A DNA stretch of 64,000 nt, taken from Candidatus Aminicenantes bacterium (GTDB lineage: Bacteria > Acidobacteriota > Aminicenantia > Aminicenantales > Saccharicenantaceae). Under the pieces are notes generated by a model that saw only the letters and a program-made list of their open reading frames with translations, searched no databases and had not been told where the DNA came from. This document shows positions 30,031 through 44,860 of this stretch, one piece after another. Where the stretch lies: the NCBI GenBank assembly GCA_963809345.1, contig CAWEJF010000007.1:6633-70632 (forward strand), in the 5' to 3' direction. How positions within the stretch are numbered: position 1 is the stretch's first letter; each line of letters starts with the position of its first letter. Both the position numbers and the translations under genes were made by a program.

Positions 30031-30798
30031 GTGGACAAGGCCATGAAGAAGAACGGATATCTCATCAGGGAGTTCGCCAAGCTGACGCGGGTGACGGTCC
30101 GGACCCTCCACTATTACGACGAGATCGGGCTGCTCAAGCCGAGCTTCGAGCGGCCCAACGGTTACCGTGTCTACACCGACGCCGACCTGCTCAAGCTCCA
30201 GCAGATCGTCACTCTGAAATTCATGGGCTTCTCCCTCGACGAGATCCGGCGCCTCCTCGACAGCAAGGGCTACGAGGCCGCCAAGGCCCTCAAGGTCCAA
30301 GCTGAAGCGGTCAAGGACGAGATCGCCCGGCTGCGTGAGGCCTCGCGGGCCATCGAACAGGTCCTCGTCCGCCTCGAGAAGGACGGCCGCATCCACAAAC
30401 AAAAACTCATCAAGATCATGGAGGTCATTCAAATGGGTGAAGATGTCAAGAAAGGCTGGCACGAGAAGTTCTTCTCGGAGGAGGACATGAAGAAGTTCGC
30501 CGAGGTCGGCAAGAACTACTCGCCGGAAGCGATGATCGCCTACCAGAACCGCTGGGCGGCCCTCATCGACGAGGCCAAGAAGGCCATCGGGCTCGATCCC
30601 GCGAGCGAAATGGCGCAGGACCTGGGCCGGCGCTGGACGGCGCTTCTCGACGAGGCCTACGGCGGCCATCCCGAGCTCAAGTCCAAGATCGCCAAGGCCT
30701 ACAGCGCCGGGGCCGTCCCTAAAGAATACAACATGATCGCCCCCGAGGTCTGGGACTTCATCAAGAAGGTCCACGCGGTCGCCAAGTCCAAGTGCTAG
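30031..30798 (+). CDS. MerR family transcriptional regulator with TipAS-like effector domain (start may be 30043)
   Basis: TVRTLHYYDEIGLLKP, NGYRVY, GFSLDEI; DPASEMAQDL.RRW. Confidence 0.9.
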   Translation: MDKAMKKNGYLIREFAKLTRVTVRTLHYYDEIGLLKPSFERPNGYRVYTDADLLKLQQIVTLKFMGFSLDEIRRLLDSKGYEAAKALKVQAEAVKDEIARLREASRAIEQVLVRLEKDGRIHKQKLIKIMEVIQMGEDVKKGWHEKFFSEEDMKKFAEVGKNYSPEAMIAYQNRWAALIDEAKKAIGLDPASEMAQDLGRRWTALLDEAYGGHPELKSKIAKAYSAGAVPKEYNMIAPEVWDFIKKVHAVAKSKC

Positions 30799-30869
30799 AT
30801 CGACGGGAGGGGAGAAAAAAGACTCCGTTCATGATAGAATCTATAGGATTTCACCAAGGAGGTCCGACT

Positions 30870-31739
30870 ATGAGACTGAAGAACGCATGTGTCGTCGCCA
30901 GCATCCTCGTCCTGGCCGGCGTTTCTGTTCAGGCGACGCCGACCGTCTCCGAAACGCAAGCAGCCGGAACGACTGTTCTCGAGTACAAGATGCCGGCCGG
31001 CCGCGCCTTGACCTATCAGGGCAAGTCGGAAGAAGCGCAAGTCATGGAGGTCATGGGCCAAACCGTCGACACCAATACCTCCGGAACGAACACCTTCACG
31101 TTCAAGGCGAAGGGGCCCAAGGACAAGAGCTTCCTCCTGGGCGTGACGATCGACGATATCGCCGTGAATGTCGCCACCAGCGCCCAGGGAGATATGTCCC
31201 CGGACATGAGCTCGGTCAAGGGCAAGTCCTTCGACATGGTCCTGTCCCCTCTCGGGTCGGAAGATGACGTTTCCGGCGCCGAGGCCATTAGCTACGCCAT
31301 GGCCGGCGAAACCCGCAATCTGGGCTCCTCCTTTAAGACGTTCTTCCCCGATCTCGCGGAAAAGCCGGTCAAGATCGGGGACACCTGGCCGTCGAGCGAC
31401 TCCGTCGAGGAGAAGACGGGCTCGATGAGCATCCGGATCGACCTCCAGAACGTCAACACCCTCGTGGGCTTCGAGACGGTCGATGGAATGGAATGCGCCA
31501 AGATCTCGTCGGACGTCACCGGCGCCGTCACGGGAACGGGGAACCAAGGGGGCATGGACATGACCTTCTCCGGGACCAGCAAGGGCAAGGCCGTCTGGTA
31601 CTTCGCGGTCAAGGAAGGGATCTACGTCCAGGGGAATTCCGAGTCCACGACCCAGATGTCGATCGACGTCTCCGCGGCAGGCATGACCATCCCGATGACG
31701 ATGACAAGCAAGAGCGAGGTCAAGCTGACGAGCCACTGA
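30870..31739 (+). CDS. exported beta-rich hypothetical protein (DUF6263-like)
   Basis: AAGGAGG SD; signal peptide; P.KPVKIGDTW motif; Thr/Ser/Met-rich beta strands. Confidence 0.6.
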   Translation: MRLKNACVVASILVLAGVSVQATPTVSETQAAGTTVLEYKMPAGRALTYQGKSEEAQVMEVMGQTVDTNTSGTNTFTFKAKGPKDKSFLLGVTIDDIAVNVATSAQGDMSPDMSSVKGKSFDMVLSPLGSEDDVSGAEAISYAMAGETRNLGSSFKTFFPDLAEKPVKIGDTWPSSDSVEEKTGSMSIRIDLQNVNTLVGFETVDGMECAKISSDVTGAVTGTGNQGGMDMTFSGTSKGKAVWYFAVKEGIYVQGNSESTTQMSIDVSAAGMTIPMTMTSKSEVKLTSH

Positions 31740-31758
31740 GCGGAAGGAGGGAGCGGCC

Positions 31759-33355
<1,597 letters not shown>

Positions 33356-33376
33356 GGGCCGGGATTGACCGGCCGT

Positions 33377-35518
33377 CTACTTTACCGTGATCGGCACAGA
33401 GGAAGCCGCTGTCACACCGGACGACGCGTCCTTGGCCTTGAAGGCGATCGAGTACCGTCCGGGTTTGAGCTCGCCTATCGCGATTTCTATAGAGATGATC
33501 CTCGTGGCCCCATCGGTCTCCTCTTTGAGGACCGAGACCGGGAGGTTCGTTTCTGCCAAGGTCGACGCGTCGACCAGCGTCGCCGTCACGTCTGGTCCGC
33601 CTGAGACCGGACCGCCCGTCAGGCGAAGGGCGGCATGGATCTTGGTCATTCCCGCGGGCACCTCTCCCAGGAGCGGAGCGTAGGCGCTCGCGTCATAGCC
33701 GAAAAGCGCCGCCAGCGAGTCTCCGGATGAAGCCGCGAGATCGATGGAGCTCGTGTCCGGACCGAGGAGCAAGGGCGGGTCGAGCGTCATGGCCGTGCCT
33801 GCCCGCGCGGGGATGACCACAGAGACCGCTCCCCTGGCCGCGCGGCCCGTCACCATGTTTCGAACGACCATCCGGCAAGTATAAGAGCCCGGCCTGACGG
33901 CCAGCAGGAACGCCGGAAGAACCGTGTCCTTCCCGGTTTCGGGGATAGCCAGGGCGAACCGTTTGGCGTAGGCCATGTCGTCCTTCTCGTCGAAGAGCAT
34001 CAGGTAGGCCTCCGACTTCTTCCCCAGGACCTCGTTGTGGACGGCCTGGAAAGCCCGGCCGAAAACCAGCAGCTGAGGCCCGCCCTTGATCAGGAGAGGC
34101 ATGGCGGCCACGGGGATCTCGTAAGGGACCTGAAGCTGCGGCGATTCGCTCAGGGCGATGTCGACGACCTGGAGGAGCTTCTCGAATTTCGTATACTCGA
34201 CGAACGGTTTGGGGCTGAAGTAGCCGCCCTGGGCGTTGACATCGACGCCTTTCCGGTTGACCTTGACCTTGATCTTGTGGAACTTACCGTCCGATCTATC
34301 ATCGACCGAGTAGCCGAGAACGTAGTAGGCGCTGGTGAGCTTCTGGATATCGGTGGCTATCTTGACCGACTCAACGGTGTTGGCATAAAACTTCCCCCCG
34401 GTCCCCGAGGCGAACTGTCTCAGGGAGTCGGCGCCGTTGAGCTCCCGGAGGGCCGGACCCGCCCCCTCTTGGATGGAGGAGTCCACCTCCTTTTGCGTCC
34501 GGGAAACGTCGACGGCGTAGACGGGGCTGTTAGAGGCCTTGAATTCCTTGAGCATCGCCGTAAAATCGTCCCGCAGTCCCGAGTCGGCCTGAGCGGAATC
34601 GTAGTCGCCAAGTTGCTGGGCGAGTTGTTCCGGCGTCGACCATTCGCCGACGCTCGCCCCTCCCGTTTTTCCGTAGATGAGCTGGCGGGCGATCCCGCCC
34701 GAAAAATAGATGACGTTCTTGAATCCGGGGACCAGGCGGAAGCTCTTGGCGAGGATGTTCATCGCCACGATCATCCACCTGGCCTGGTCGACATAGCTCT
34801 GCCGGCGGCCGTCATCCAAGCGCTGGCCCGTCTGCAGACGGGCCTGGGCCGTGTAAAACGCGTCGTCGGGGTTGACCAAGAAGTCGGCGGCGGACTCACC
34901 TCGGGCCGGGCGCTCCTCCGTGAGATCGGACGCGTAAATGAAATCGGACATATTCTCGGCCCTGCCGGCGTAGCGCTTGATGCCGAAGCCGTCGACCATC
35001 TTACGGATCCGTTCGTGGTCGGTGGTCAGGAACTCATGGATGACGAGCCCCCGGGTCGCCGAATAGCTGATCAGGCCGATCTGGTCGGTAGGCTGGATCT
35101 CGGTCGAGAGGAACTCGAGGCCGGCCTCCTTGGCCTTGAGGACCCCTCGCGTATCCATAAAGGCGAAATCGAAGATAAGGAAGAATTTCCTGTTTGTCGG
35201 GAGGACGAGGTCCGTCGTGCCCGCGGTCTCTTCGGCGTTCAGAAAATGCTTCTCGAACTGCGTGACGGGGTAGACCTTCCCGTTGTCGGTGACCACAAAA
35301 TCGGCGGCGGTCAGGTCCGTTACGGGCACGCCTCCCTTGCCGGTCGCATAGACCTGGACTAGCTTGAGGGTCACGCTGACCGAGTGCTGAAGGGCCGGGC
35401 CCGGGCCGGCCTGGGCGCCAAGCCAAAACGGCTGAGCGATGAGAAGGACGACGGCCGCAAGCCCTGCCGCCGGCCGCCCCAACGACCATCTGGACCCCGA
35501 TGCGCGGATCGATCTCAT
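33377..35518 (-). CDS. VWA domain-containing exported protein (acidobacterial VWFA type)
   Basis: LVQVYAT...PVTDLTAADFVVTDNG, FTTDH, K.VIYFSGG, TGGK, YYVLGY...DGKFHKIKVKV. Confidence 0.8.
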   Translation of the reverse strand: MRSIRASGSRWSLGRPAAGLAAVVLLIAQPFWLGAQAGPGPALQHSVSVTLKLVQVYATGKGGVPVTDLTAADFVVTDNGKVYPVTQFEKHFLNAEETAGTTDLVLPTNRKFFLIFDFAFMDTRGVLKAKEAGLEFLSTEIQPTDQIGLISYSATRGLVIHEFLTTDHERIRKMVDGFGIKRYAGRAENMSDFIYASDLTEERPARGESAADFLVNPDDAFYTAQARLQTGQRLDDGRRQSYVDQARWMIVAMNILAKSFRLVPGFKNVIYFSGGIARQLIYGKTGGASVGEWSTPEQLAQQLGDYDSAQADSGLRDDFTAMLKEFKASNSPVYAVDVSRTQKEVDSSIQEGAGPALRELNGADSLRQFASGTGGKFYANTVESVKIATDIQKLTSAYYVLGYSVDDRSDGKFHKIKVKVNRKGVDVNAQGGYFSPKPFVEYTKFEKLLQVVDIALSESPQLQVPYEIPVAAMPLLIKGGPQLLVFGRAFQAVHNEVLGKKSEAYLMLFDEKDDMAYAKRFALAIPETGKDTVLPAFLLAVRPGSYTCRMVVRNMVTGRAARGAVSVVIPARAGTAMTLDPPLLLGPDTSSIDLAASSGDSLAALFGYDASAYAPLLGEVPAGMTKIHAALRLTGGPVSGGPDVTATLVDASTLAETNLPVSVLKEETDGATRIISIEIAIGELKPGRYSIAFKAKDASSGVTAASSVPITVK

Positions 35519-35635
35519 ATTTATCCCCCTACGGGAATCGTCCCGCCAAGACCATCTTAGCACATTTTATTACGGCTATTTTTCAATATCACGGCCTTCC
35601 GCCGAAAGGCCGCAGGTCCGTCGGAGCTGCGCATG

Positions 35636-36655
35636 TCACTCGGCCGCGGCTTCGGCCATGGCGGCGACGTTGCGGGGCGGGACGTCGGGCAGGATGGCCT
35701 CGTGGCTGGGGCTGACGATGAGGTGCGGGCCGAGGAGTGATCGGACCCGGCGGACCTCGGCCTTGACCTCCTCGGGCGAGCCGAGCGGGAGGACGCGCTG
35801 GGTGTCGACCCCGCCGAGAAAAGCGATCTTCCCTCCGAAATCCCGGGCCAGCGTCGATGCGTCCATGTTCGCCGCCTTGGCCTGGAGCGGGTGGAGGCAG
35901 TTGACGCCGGCGGCGATGAGCTTGGGGATGACCCTATGGATCGAGCCGCAAGAATGGAGAATGACCTGGTAGCCGCGCCGATGGGCCTGTCCGGTGAGCT
36001 TCTCGAACCAGGGCAGGATGAACCGGTCGAAGAGCGCCGGGCTGATCATCAGGTCGAGCTGGGTGCCGAAGTCGTTGCCGAAGAAATAGGCGTCGACACG
36101 GTCCCCGGCGGCGTCGAAAAACCGCTCGTTGGCTTGATAATAGAACCCGCAGACCCGGTCCGTGGCCGCCTCGATGACCTCGGGGTGGGTGCGCATCTTG
36201 ATGAAGTAGGCCTCCATGCCGAAGAAGTCCATAAGGTCGTGAAAGAACGGCGTCCAGAAGCCGGAAGCGCGGTAGTGGGGGCCGGCCGTGTCGAGGGCCT
36301 TCAAGGTCTCCGAAAAATCGAGCTCGGCCGGGTCAGGCCAGTCGAAGCGGGCGAGCTCGGCCGGGTCCTCGACCTCGGCGAGCGGGCCGGCCTGGCCGTG
36401 ACTCGCCTTGCCGGCGGCCCAGTTCCAGTTGAAGATCCCCTTCGAAGCCACGGTCGGGAACGTCGATCCGGCGAAACTCGGCGAGATCCAGCGGAAGTCG
36501 TCGCCGAGCTTGCGGCGGAACTCCTCCTCGGTCTTCGTTCCGAAGTAGCGGTGCAGGCCTGGCCAGCTGTCGGGGTGGGGGTTGCCGAGCCAGAGGCCGC
36601 AACGCGGGGCCGGCTTGAGGGCGACGATATCCTCGATGAGCTCGCGGCTGGTCAT
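35636..36655 (-). CDS. uroporphyrinogen decarboxylase / MtaA-CmuA-like family protein
   Basis: NDFGTQ..LMISP, ILHSCG, HPLQ, FLGGVDTQ, P.NV.AM. Confidence 0.85.
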   Translation of the reverse strand: MTSRELIEDIVALKPAPRCGLWLGNPHPDSWPGLHRYFGTKTEEEFRRKLGDDFRWISPSFAGSTFPTVASKGIFNWNWAAGKASHGQAGPLAEVEDPAELARFDWPDPAELDFSETLKALDTAGPHYRASGFWTPFFHDLMDFFGMEAYFIKMRTHPEVIEAATDRVCGFYYQANERFFDAAGDRVDAYFFGNDFGTQLDLMISPALFDRFILPWFEKLTGQAHRRGYQVILHSCGSIHRVIPKLIAAGVNCLHPLQAKAANMDASTLARDFGGKIAFLGGVDTQRVLPLGSPEEVKAEVRRVRSLLGPHLIVSPSHEAILPDVPPRNVAAMAEAAAE

Positions 36656-36890
36656 GCTACTTCTTGTTTTCGGCGATGAGGGATCCGGCGTCGGCTTTCC
36701 GTTCCCTGCCTGTCGAGGGCATGCTCATATCGACCGTCACGACATCGGGACGCCCCCCATTATGAGGAGAAACGTCCGCCCCGGTCAAGTTGGGGCGTAG
36801 AGACCGGGCCCCCGGACCCCTTTTCAATTTTCCGGGGATGAGTATGATGAGGGGCAACGTCTGAAAGGGACTGATCATGAAGGAGGACCC

Positions 36891-37679
36891 ATGCGGAATC
36901 GAACAAGGATAATGGCGATGGGAGCAGCGATCATCGCGATCGCCGCGGTCGCGGCAGCGGCCGCTTCGGAAGTGAGCGGTCCCCCGCCGTCGACCAAACC
37001 GGTTTACCTCTATAAGACGACTTTTGTGAGGGCGGCGCCGGGTAAGCTCATGGACCTCATCGCCCTCTACAAGGACCGCATGGCCGTCATCGAGGCGGCG
37101 GGAGACGTGCGGCCTTTTTGGTGGCGCCACACCCAGGGCGACCAATGGGACCTCATGATCCTCACGCCGATGGGGAGCTATGCCGACTATTATGCGAAAG
37201 GGCGGGTAGAAAAGCGGGACAAGGCGGCGGCGAGGGCGGGATCGTCCTGGGCGGATTTTGCCCGCCAGCTCGACGCATGCTCGTCATGGAAAGAAGATGT
37301 CTTCGTCATGGGGCCTCCGCTCGCATTCGCGAAACGGGCGTTCGAAGGCACCGCCTACTATCACATCGAGATCTTCGTTTCGCTCCCCGGGAAACAAGAG
37401 GCGTTGTTCAAGGAGCGGGAGATGGAGAACATCTACGGCGTCGAGACGAAGCGGCCGTACAACATGATCTTCGTGCGGGACCAGGGCGCCTCGTGGGACC
37501 TGTTCACGCTGGGCTGCTACCGCGACATCAAACACTGGGCCGTGGGCGAGGAGGTCACCAAGGAGGAGAGAGCGGCCGCCGCGCGAAAGGCCGGCTTCGG
37601 AGGCCCCGAGGAGATCGGCCCCTACATGAGGACTCTCATCGATTTCCACCGCGACACGATGGGCGTCGCGATCAAGTAG
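36891..37679 (+). CDS. exported hypothetical protein with two tandem NIPSNAP-like repeats
   Basis: AAGGAGG SD; signal peptide; repeated FV..PGK...QG..WDL units. Confidence 0.6.
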   Translation: MRNRTRIMAMGAAIIAIAAVAAAAASEVSGPPPSTKPVYLYKTTFVRAAPGKLMDLIALYKDRMAVIEAAGDVRPFWWRHTQGDQWDLMILTPMGSYADYYAKGRVEKRDKAAARAGSSWADFARQLDACSSWKEDVFVMGPPLAFAKRAFEGTAYYHIEIFVSLPGKQEALFKEREMENIYGVETKRPYNMIFVRDQGASWDLFTLGCYRDIKHWAVGEEVTKEERAAAARKAGFGGPEEIGPYMRTLIDFHRDTMGVAIK

Positions 37680-37683
37680 CGGA

Positions 37684-40236
37684 TCAGTCCTCTTCGATCA
37701 TCCGGACGGCCCGCCAAGTGCCGTCCTTTTCGAGGCGCAGGGTCTTGATCTCGAACGGCGCGAAAACGAGAGGGATTGAGGCCTCGGGCGCGTGTCCCCC
37801 TTCTTGATTCGGGGACGCCTCGCCCGTCCTGTCTGCCGACTTCGCGATCTCTAGCCTGGCCTTCGTCCTTTTTCCGACGGCCTCCTGCAGCCGGACGACG
37901 AGCGCCTTGCCATCCCAGGACCTCTTGCAGGCCAATAACCGGATGGAGGCGGGCCTTACGGTGAGAAGCGCTTCAACCGAAGTGACCTGACTCGCGTCGT
38001 AGGGCAAGTGCGCGTGCGCCGACGGCGGGGCAGCGAGATGGTCGGCCAGCCCCGGCATCGTCGCCTTGACCAGAGCGGGGGCGCCGGCCGTGACAAGAAG
38101 CCGGAACTCGTGGACGCCGATGTCCGCGAACTTCCAGGCAGGGTGACATGCGCTGGAGGCGCGGATGCCCGGGCTGAACGGACGCGAACGCTCCGGCTTG
38201 TCGAGGTCGAAGCCCCGCTCGTGGCAATAGGCGGAGCCCCGGAGGACGGACAAGCGGATCTCTCCGTCCTTGAAATCCAGGCCATGCTGGCCGCTCGAGG
38301 CGATACCGACCGCGGCAGGCTTGCCGGACGCCCGGCCCTCGACGAGGAGCCAACGGCCGTGGACATGTTCCTCCCCGTCCGGGGGACGGCGGATCGCTCC
38401 GCCCGGGACTTCGGCGAGGAGGACGGCGGCGGATAGGGAGGTTGGAACGCTGAGCTTCAGCCGGCGCCGCTCCTCGTTCCAGGTGATACGAAAGTGGAAT
38501 TCGAGGACGGGCCAGGAGGGATACGAAACGACATCCATCACCAGGCGGCTTTCCCGATAGACGAAAAGCGATCGGGTCACGGTCCGGACGGGACCTTGCT
38601 CGACGACGAAGGGCCGGCATGACGACGTGAAGCGCCCGACGATCTTGCGGTAGCTCCCGTGTCCCGTACCCCACGAATCGGCCGTATCCTCGACGACGAG
38701 CGGCTCGAAGAGCGGCCCGGCAAGCGAACGGGCAAATCCCGCGGGCTTGAGCGAGACAACCAGCCCGGTCTTCGGATCGACGCGATGCGCGAGCGGAGAA
38801 GTCCCGAGGACATGGACCTTCGGCGCACGTCCCGTCTTGACGCTTCGACGTTCGTTCTCCAGGATCTCGAACGCTTTGAGATCATAGCGCGCGACTCCCA
38901 CTCCCGGAAGGTCATCGACGAAGCTGACACGCCGTCGCCAGTTATTGAACGGCAGGAGTGACTCCGGCTGTTCTTCTTGACAGGCGATTTCGCGGCCGCC
39001 GGCCCGGAAGAGGCGCATGCGCCACTTCCCTTTCCAGAATGGCCGGTGGTCGGACATGCATTCGAATTCCACGGGAACACGGGTGAGGGACGGGTTGGCG
39101 TTGAAAACACTGACGGGGAGAGAAGGGCTGTTGCGGCTGCCGCGGTTGAGTGAGGAGACGGCTTCGAGCGAGCAAGAGCGGGCGATGTCCTCGGCCCGGC
39201 CATATTGGCCTAAGGCGTCGCGCTCGGCGGGTTCGACGCAGGAGCCGGTCAGGGTATCGTGAAAATCGTTGAAAACGTGGGATTTCCAGGCCTGGCGAAG
39301 CTCCGGACCCGGGAGATCGGCACCGGCGAGCCAGAAGGCGGCCGCCGACGCGGCTTCCGCCTGAACGAGGCGCCCCAGGCTCGAGACCGCCTGCCGCTTG
39401 AGGCGAGAAAGCGATGTATAACAGCCGGTGAACGTGCGCTGGAGGTCGCCGTCATGGACGGGAGCCGTGGCCGCGGCGTCCTTGACCGCCTCACAGAACA
39501 GGTCCGGGGTGCTGTGGACGATCCGAACGCGTTTCTCTAGGGCGATGAGAGCGTCGATCGTTTCGAGGTCGCGGCGCGTCGCTCCACCGCCATGGTTGCC
39601 GAGGCCCCAGAAGACGGGGACATCGCGGCCGAGCTTCAGCGCCAGCTCGACGCCCGCCCGGAGCCGCTCTTCGATATTGTCGTGCTCGGTATGGTAGAGC
39701 CCGACGGCGATGCGGTAGGCCGGGATGATCGTGCCGTCGACGCCGCGCCAGCTGTAGAGGTCGGCGGGAAGGGCGAGTTCGTCGGCTTGCGGCCGCATGT
39801 GGACGTACATCTCGTAGCCGGCAAGGCGCAGGATCTGGGGCAGGCCGCCGCTGTGGCCGAAGGAATCGAAATTGTAGGCCACGCGCGGCGCGGCGTCGAA
39901 GCGGTCGCGGAAATATCGGCGGCCCTCGGCGATCGTCCGGATGAGGGACTCGGTGCCCGGCAGGTTGACGTCGGGCTGGATGAACCAGCCGCCCGAAATG
40001 GCCCAGCGCCCGGCTCTGACGAGGCGGCGGATGTCCGCAAAGAGGGTCGGGTCGAGCCGCTCAGCCCACTCGTAGAGCACGGCCTCGTTATGGCAGAAGA
40101 TGAGCGACGGGTGCGTGTCGAGGATGTCGACGGCGTTCCGGAAGGTCGCCAGCGCCTCCGACGCGCCCTCGTCCCACCGCCACTGCCAAACCGGGTCGAG
40201 GTGCGCGTTACAGATCAGGTGGACCGTCGATCTCAA
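37684..40236 (-). CDS. GH38 alpha-mannosidase family glycosidase
   Basis: [45 protein letters not shown]. Confidence 0.9.
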   Translation of the reverse strand: MRSTVHLICNAHLDPVWQWRWDEGASEALATFRNAVDILDTHPSLIFCHNEAVLYEWAERLDPTLFADIRRLVRAGRWAISGGWFIQPDVNLPGTESLIRTIAEGRRYFRDRFDAAPRVAYNFDSFGHSGGLPQILRLAGYEMYVHMRPQADELALPADLYSWRGVDGTIIPAYRIAVGLYHTEHDNIEERLRAGVELALKLGRDVPVFWGLGNHGGGATRRDLETIDALIALEKRVRIVHSTPDLFCEAVKDAAATAPVHDGDLQRTFTGCYTSLSRLKRQAVSSLGRLVQAEAASAAAFWLAGADLPGPELRQAWKSHVFNDFHDTLTGSCVEPAERDALGQYGRAEDIARSCSLEAVSSLNRGSRNSPSLPVSVFNANPSLTRVPVEFECMSDHRPFWKGKWRMRLFRAGGREIACQEEQPESLLPFNNWRRRVSFVDDLPGVGVARYDLKAFEILENERRSVKTGRAPKVHVLGTSPLAHRVDPKTGLVVSLKPAGFARSLAGPLFEPLVVEDTADSWGTGHGSYRKIVGRFTSSCRPFVVEQGPVRTVTRSLFVYRESRLVMDVVSYPSWPVLEFHFRITWNEERRRLKLSVPTSLSAAVLLAEVPGGAIRRPPDGEEHVHGRWLLVEGRASGKPAAVGIASSGQHGLDFKDGEIRLSVLRGSAYCHERGFDLDKPERSRPFSPGIRASSACHPAWKFADIGVHEFRLLVTAGAPALVKATMPGLADHLAAPPSAHAHLPYDASQVTSVEALLTVRPASIRLLACKRSWDGKALVVRLQEAVGKRTKARLEIAKSADRTGEASPNQEGGHAPEASIPLVFAPFEIKTLRLEKDGTWRAVRMIEED

Positions 40237-41994
40237 TCAGATCTCATCCTTGCTGGGGAGGTTCTTGTACCAGGTGAAGTAGAGGATGACGGCGATCGCG
40301 GCCGCGGCCCCGGCCCACATCCCGAGCTGCTTCCAGTTCCGCATGAACAGATAGAACGGCAGGATGGCCAGGGAGAACTGGAAGGCCGCCGTGATCAGTC
40401 CATTGAGCATGTCGATCTTCGGCATCTTGTCCTTGGCCGGCACGAGCCCGCGCTTGACGCATTCCCGCCGGACCGGCCCCCAGAACCCGAACGGCCGCAC
40501 TTTGGCGTAGAACTTGACCAGGACCTCCATGTCCGCGGGCTTCGTCAGAGCCGCGATGACGAAGGTCGTCACCAGGCCGATCCCCACGTCGATGGCCAGC
40601 GAGGCCGACGCGTGAAGGCCCTTCACGAAGATCAGGCGGAGCGAAATGAGGACCGCGGATGCCGCCATGCTCCAGACGAAGGCCTTGGCCCCGAACCGCC
40701 AGTAATGCCACCTCAAGGTCGCCGGCACGAGAATGACCGTGACGACGACGAAGACCATCATCTCCCAGGCCGTGACGATGTTGGTGAAGGAAAGCGAGAA
40801 GACGAACCCGATGAGGACGGCCACGACCGAAGCGACCTGCCCCAGCCGGACGAGCTTCTTCTGGCTCAGGTCCTTGGCGATGTAGCGCTTGACGAAATCG
40901 TTGATGACGACGGAGCTCGTGACGTTGATCATGGCGCTGATCGTCGACATCAGGGCCGCCAGCAGCACGGCCATGAACAGGCCGCGCAGCCCGACCGGCA
41001 TCTTGAGCAGGACGAGGGGCATGATCTTCTCGGCGTCGAACCCCGCCTGCGTCCCAAGATAGAAGATCCCGAGGACCATGAAGGACACGCCGAGGACCCA
41101 GCGCAGGTTGTAGCCGACCGTCCACATCCCCGCGGCGAGCTGGGCGTCGCGCGGCGACTTCGTGGTCAGGAAGAACTGGAAGTCCCAGACGTTCGGTCCG
41201 CTGAGGACCCGGAAGATCATCCAGAAGAACCCCGCCGCCATGAGCGGCCCGAACAGCCCGAAATGCTGGTAGGCCGGCGGCGTCTCCGCCGCGAACCCCG
41301 ACCACAGCGTCCATGTCGGCGCGAGCGAGAACCAGCCCGGGTCCTTATGGATGAAGGTCATGGCCGCCGGCTTGGCGAAGACCATGACGGCCATGATGAC
41401 CGCGCCGACGCCGATGAGGAGCGTCTGGAAGACGTCCGTGAGGATGACGCCAAAGAACCCGCCCAGGGTCACGTAGATCCCCACGACGGCCAGGACGATG
41501 AGCGTCGCCTCCCAGCGCGGCAGGGGCAGGAACTCCTCGACGAACTTGCCCGTGCCGACGCTGATGAACATGAGGTTACAGATCATCAGCACGAGCAGGA
41601 AGATGGCCGCCGTGAGCCGGGCGGCCTCGGCGTCCCTGCTCGTCCCGAAGCGCGTCTCGTTCCACTCGGCGAAGGTCATGACCCCGGACCGCCGGATGTA
41701 TTTCGCCTGGAAGGCCATGTAGAAGCAGATGATGAACCAGCCCCAGAAGATGTGGGTCGCCCACATCGACTTGAGCCCGACGTAGAAGATGAGCCCGATC
41801 ATGGACATCGTCCCGCCGATGTCGATGTAGCTCGAGCAGCCCGAAAGACCCAGCATCCACCAGGGGACGTTCCGATCGGCCAGATAGAAGGAGTCGAGCT
41901 TCTTCGTGGCCCGCCGGCGAACGACGACGCCCACCATGGCCACGGCGACGAGATAGACGCCGATGATGATGAGGTCGACGGGGTGGAGGTTCAT
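40237..41994 (-). CDS. sodium:solute symporter (SSS family)
   Basis: [31 protein letters not shown], many TM helices; directly abuts the GH38 gene. Confidence 0.9.
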   Translation of the reverse strand: MNLHPVDLIIIGVYLVAVAMVGVVVRRRATKKLDSFYLADRNVPWWMLGLSGCSSYIDIGGTMSMIGLIFYVGLKSMWATHIFWGWFIICFYMAFQAKYIRRSGVMTFAEWNETRFGTSRDAEAARLTAAIFLLVLMICNLMFISVGTGKFVEEFLPLPRWEATLIVLAVVGIYVTLGGFFGVILTDVFQTLLIGVGAVIMAVMVFAKPAAMTFIHKDPGWFSLAPTWTLWSGFAAETPPAYQHFGLFGPLMAAGFFWMIFRVLSGPNVWDFQFFLTTKSPRDAQLAAGMWTVGYNLRWVLGVSFMVLGIFYLGTQAGFDAEKIMPLVLLKMPVGLRGLFMAVLLAALMSTISAMINVTSSVVINDFVKRYIAKDLSQKKLVRLGQVASVVAVLIGFVFSLSFTNIVTAWEMMVFVVVTVILVPATLRWHYWRFGAKAFVWSMAASAVLISLRLIFVKGLHASASLAIDVGIGLVTTFVIAALTKPADMEVLVKFYAKVRPFGFWGPVRRECVKRGLVPAKDKMPKIDMLNGLITAAFQFSLAILPFYLFMRNWKQLGMWAGAAAAIAVILYFTWYKNLPSKDEI

Positions 41995-42093
41995 GACCTT
42001 TCTATACCACCCCCCGCGAATGAGCGTCAATGTTCCCCCTACCGAAAAGTGGCGAATCGTGATAAAATATCACTTCAAAAAGGACGGAGAATT

Positions 42094-43974
<1,881 letters not shown>

Positions 43975-43993
43975 GGCGGAACAGGCAGGGACC

Positions 43994-44860
43994 ATGAGAA
44001 GAGAAGCGCGCACCCTGGAGATCAGGGGGCAGCGCTTCGCCCTCGGTCCGCGCACCTGGCTCATGGGGGTCGTCAACGTCACCCCCGATTCCTTCTCCGA
44101 CGGCGGGCTGTACTTCGATGCCCAGAAGGCCGTCAACCGCGGCCTGGAGCTGGCCTTCGACGGCGCGGACATCATCGACGTCGGCGGGGAGAGCACCCGC
44201 CCCGGCTCCCAGCCCGTCCCCGAGGACGAGGAGCTCGGCCGCGTCGTCCCGGTCATCTGGGCCCTGCGGAAAAAGACATCGGCCTTCATCTCCGTCGACA
44301 CGACCAAGGCCGCCGTGGCCCGGGCCGCGCTCGACGCCGGTGCGGACATCATCAACGATACGAGCGCGCTCCGAGACGACCCGGCCATGGCCGACGTCGC
44401 GGCCCGTTCCGGGGCCGCCGTCGTCCTCATGCACATGAAGGGGTCGCCCGCGACCATGCAGAACGCCCCTCATTACGCCGACCTCATCGGCGAGATCAGC
44501 GGCTTCCTCGCCGAGAGGATCCGCGCGGCCGAAGCGGCCGGCATCCCGCCGGAGCGTGTCATCGTCGATCCCGGCATCGGCTTCGGCAAGAGCACCGAGC
44601 ATAACCTCGAGCTCCTGCGCCGCCAGGAGGCCTTCCTCGAGCTCGGGCGGCCGCTGCTCCTCGGCTTCTCGCGGAAGGCGTTCCTGGGCGTTATCCTCGA
44701 TCTGCCACCAGGCGAAAGGCTCGAGGGGACGATCGCGGCGGCGGTGATCTCGGTCACGCACGGGGTCCACATCCTGAGGATCCATGACGTCGGGCCCGTC
44801 GCCCGGGCCGTCCGTTCGGCCGAGGCGATCCTGGGGGGGAAGGCCGACCATGTTCGCTGA
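43994..44860 (+). CDS. folP: dihydropteroate synthase
   Basis: NVTPDSFSDGG, DVGGESTRPG, DPGIGFGK, SRK, RIHDV. Confidence 0.95.
   Translation: MRREARTLEIRGQRFALGPRTWLMGVVNVTPDSFSDGGLYFDAQKAVNRGLELAFDGADIIDVGGESTRPGSQPVPEDEELGRVVPVIWALRKKTSAFISVDTTKAAVARAALDAGADIINDTSALRDDPAMADVAARSGAAVVLMHMKGSPATMQNAPHYADLIGEISGFLAERIRAAEAAGIPPERVIVDPGIGFGKSTEHNLELLRRQEAFLELGRPLLLGFSRKAFLGVILDLPPGERLEGTIAAAVISVTHGVHILRIHDVGPVARAVRSAEAILGGKADHVR

Noticed and set aside
39592-42093. Apparent 834-aa N-terminal extension making a 1460-aa FtsH
   Set aside because: It is the antisense shadow of the SSS and GH38 genes; FtsH has its own SD and ATG at 42094.
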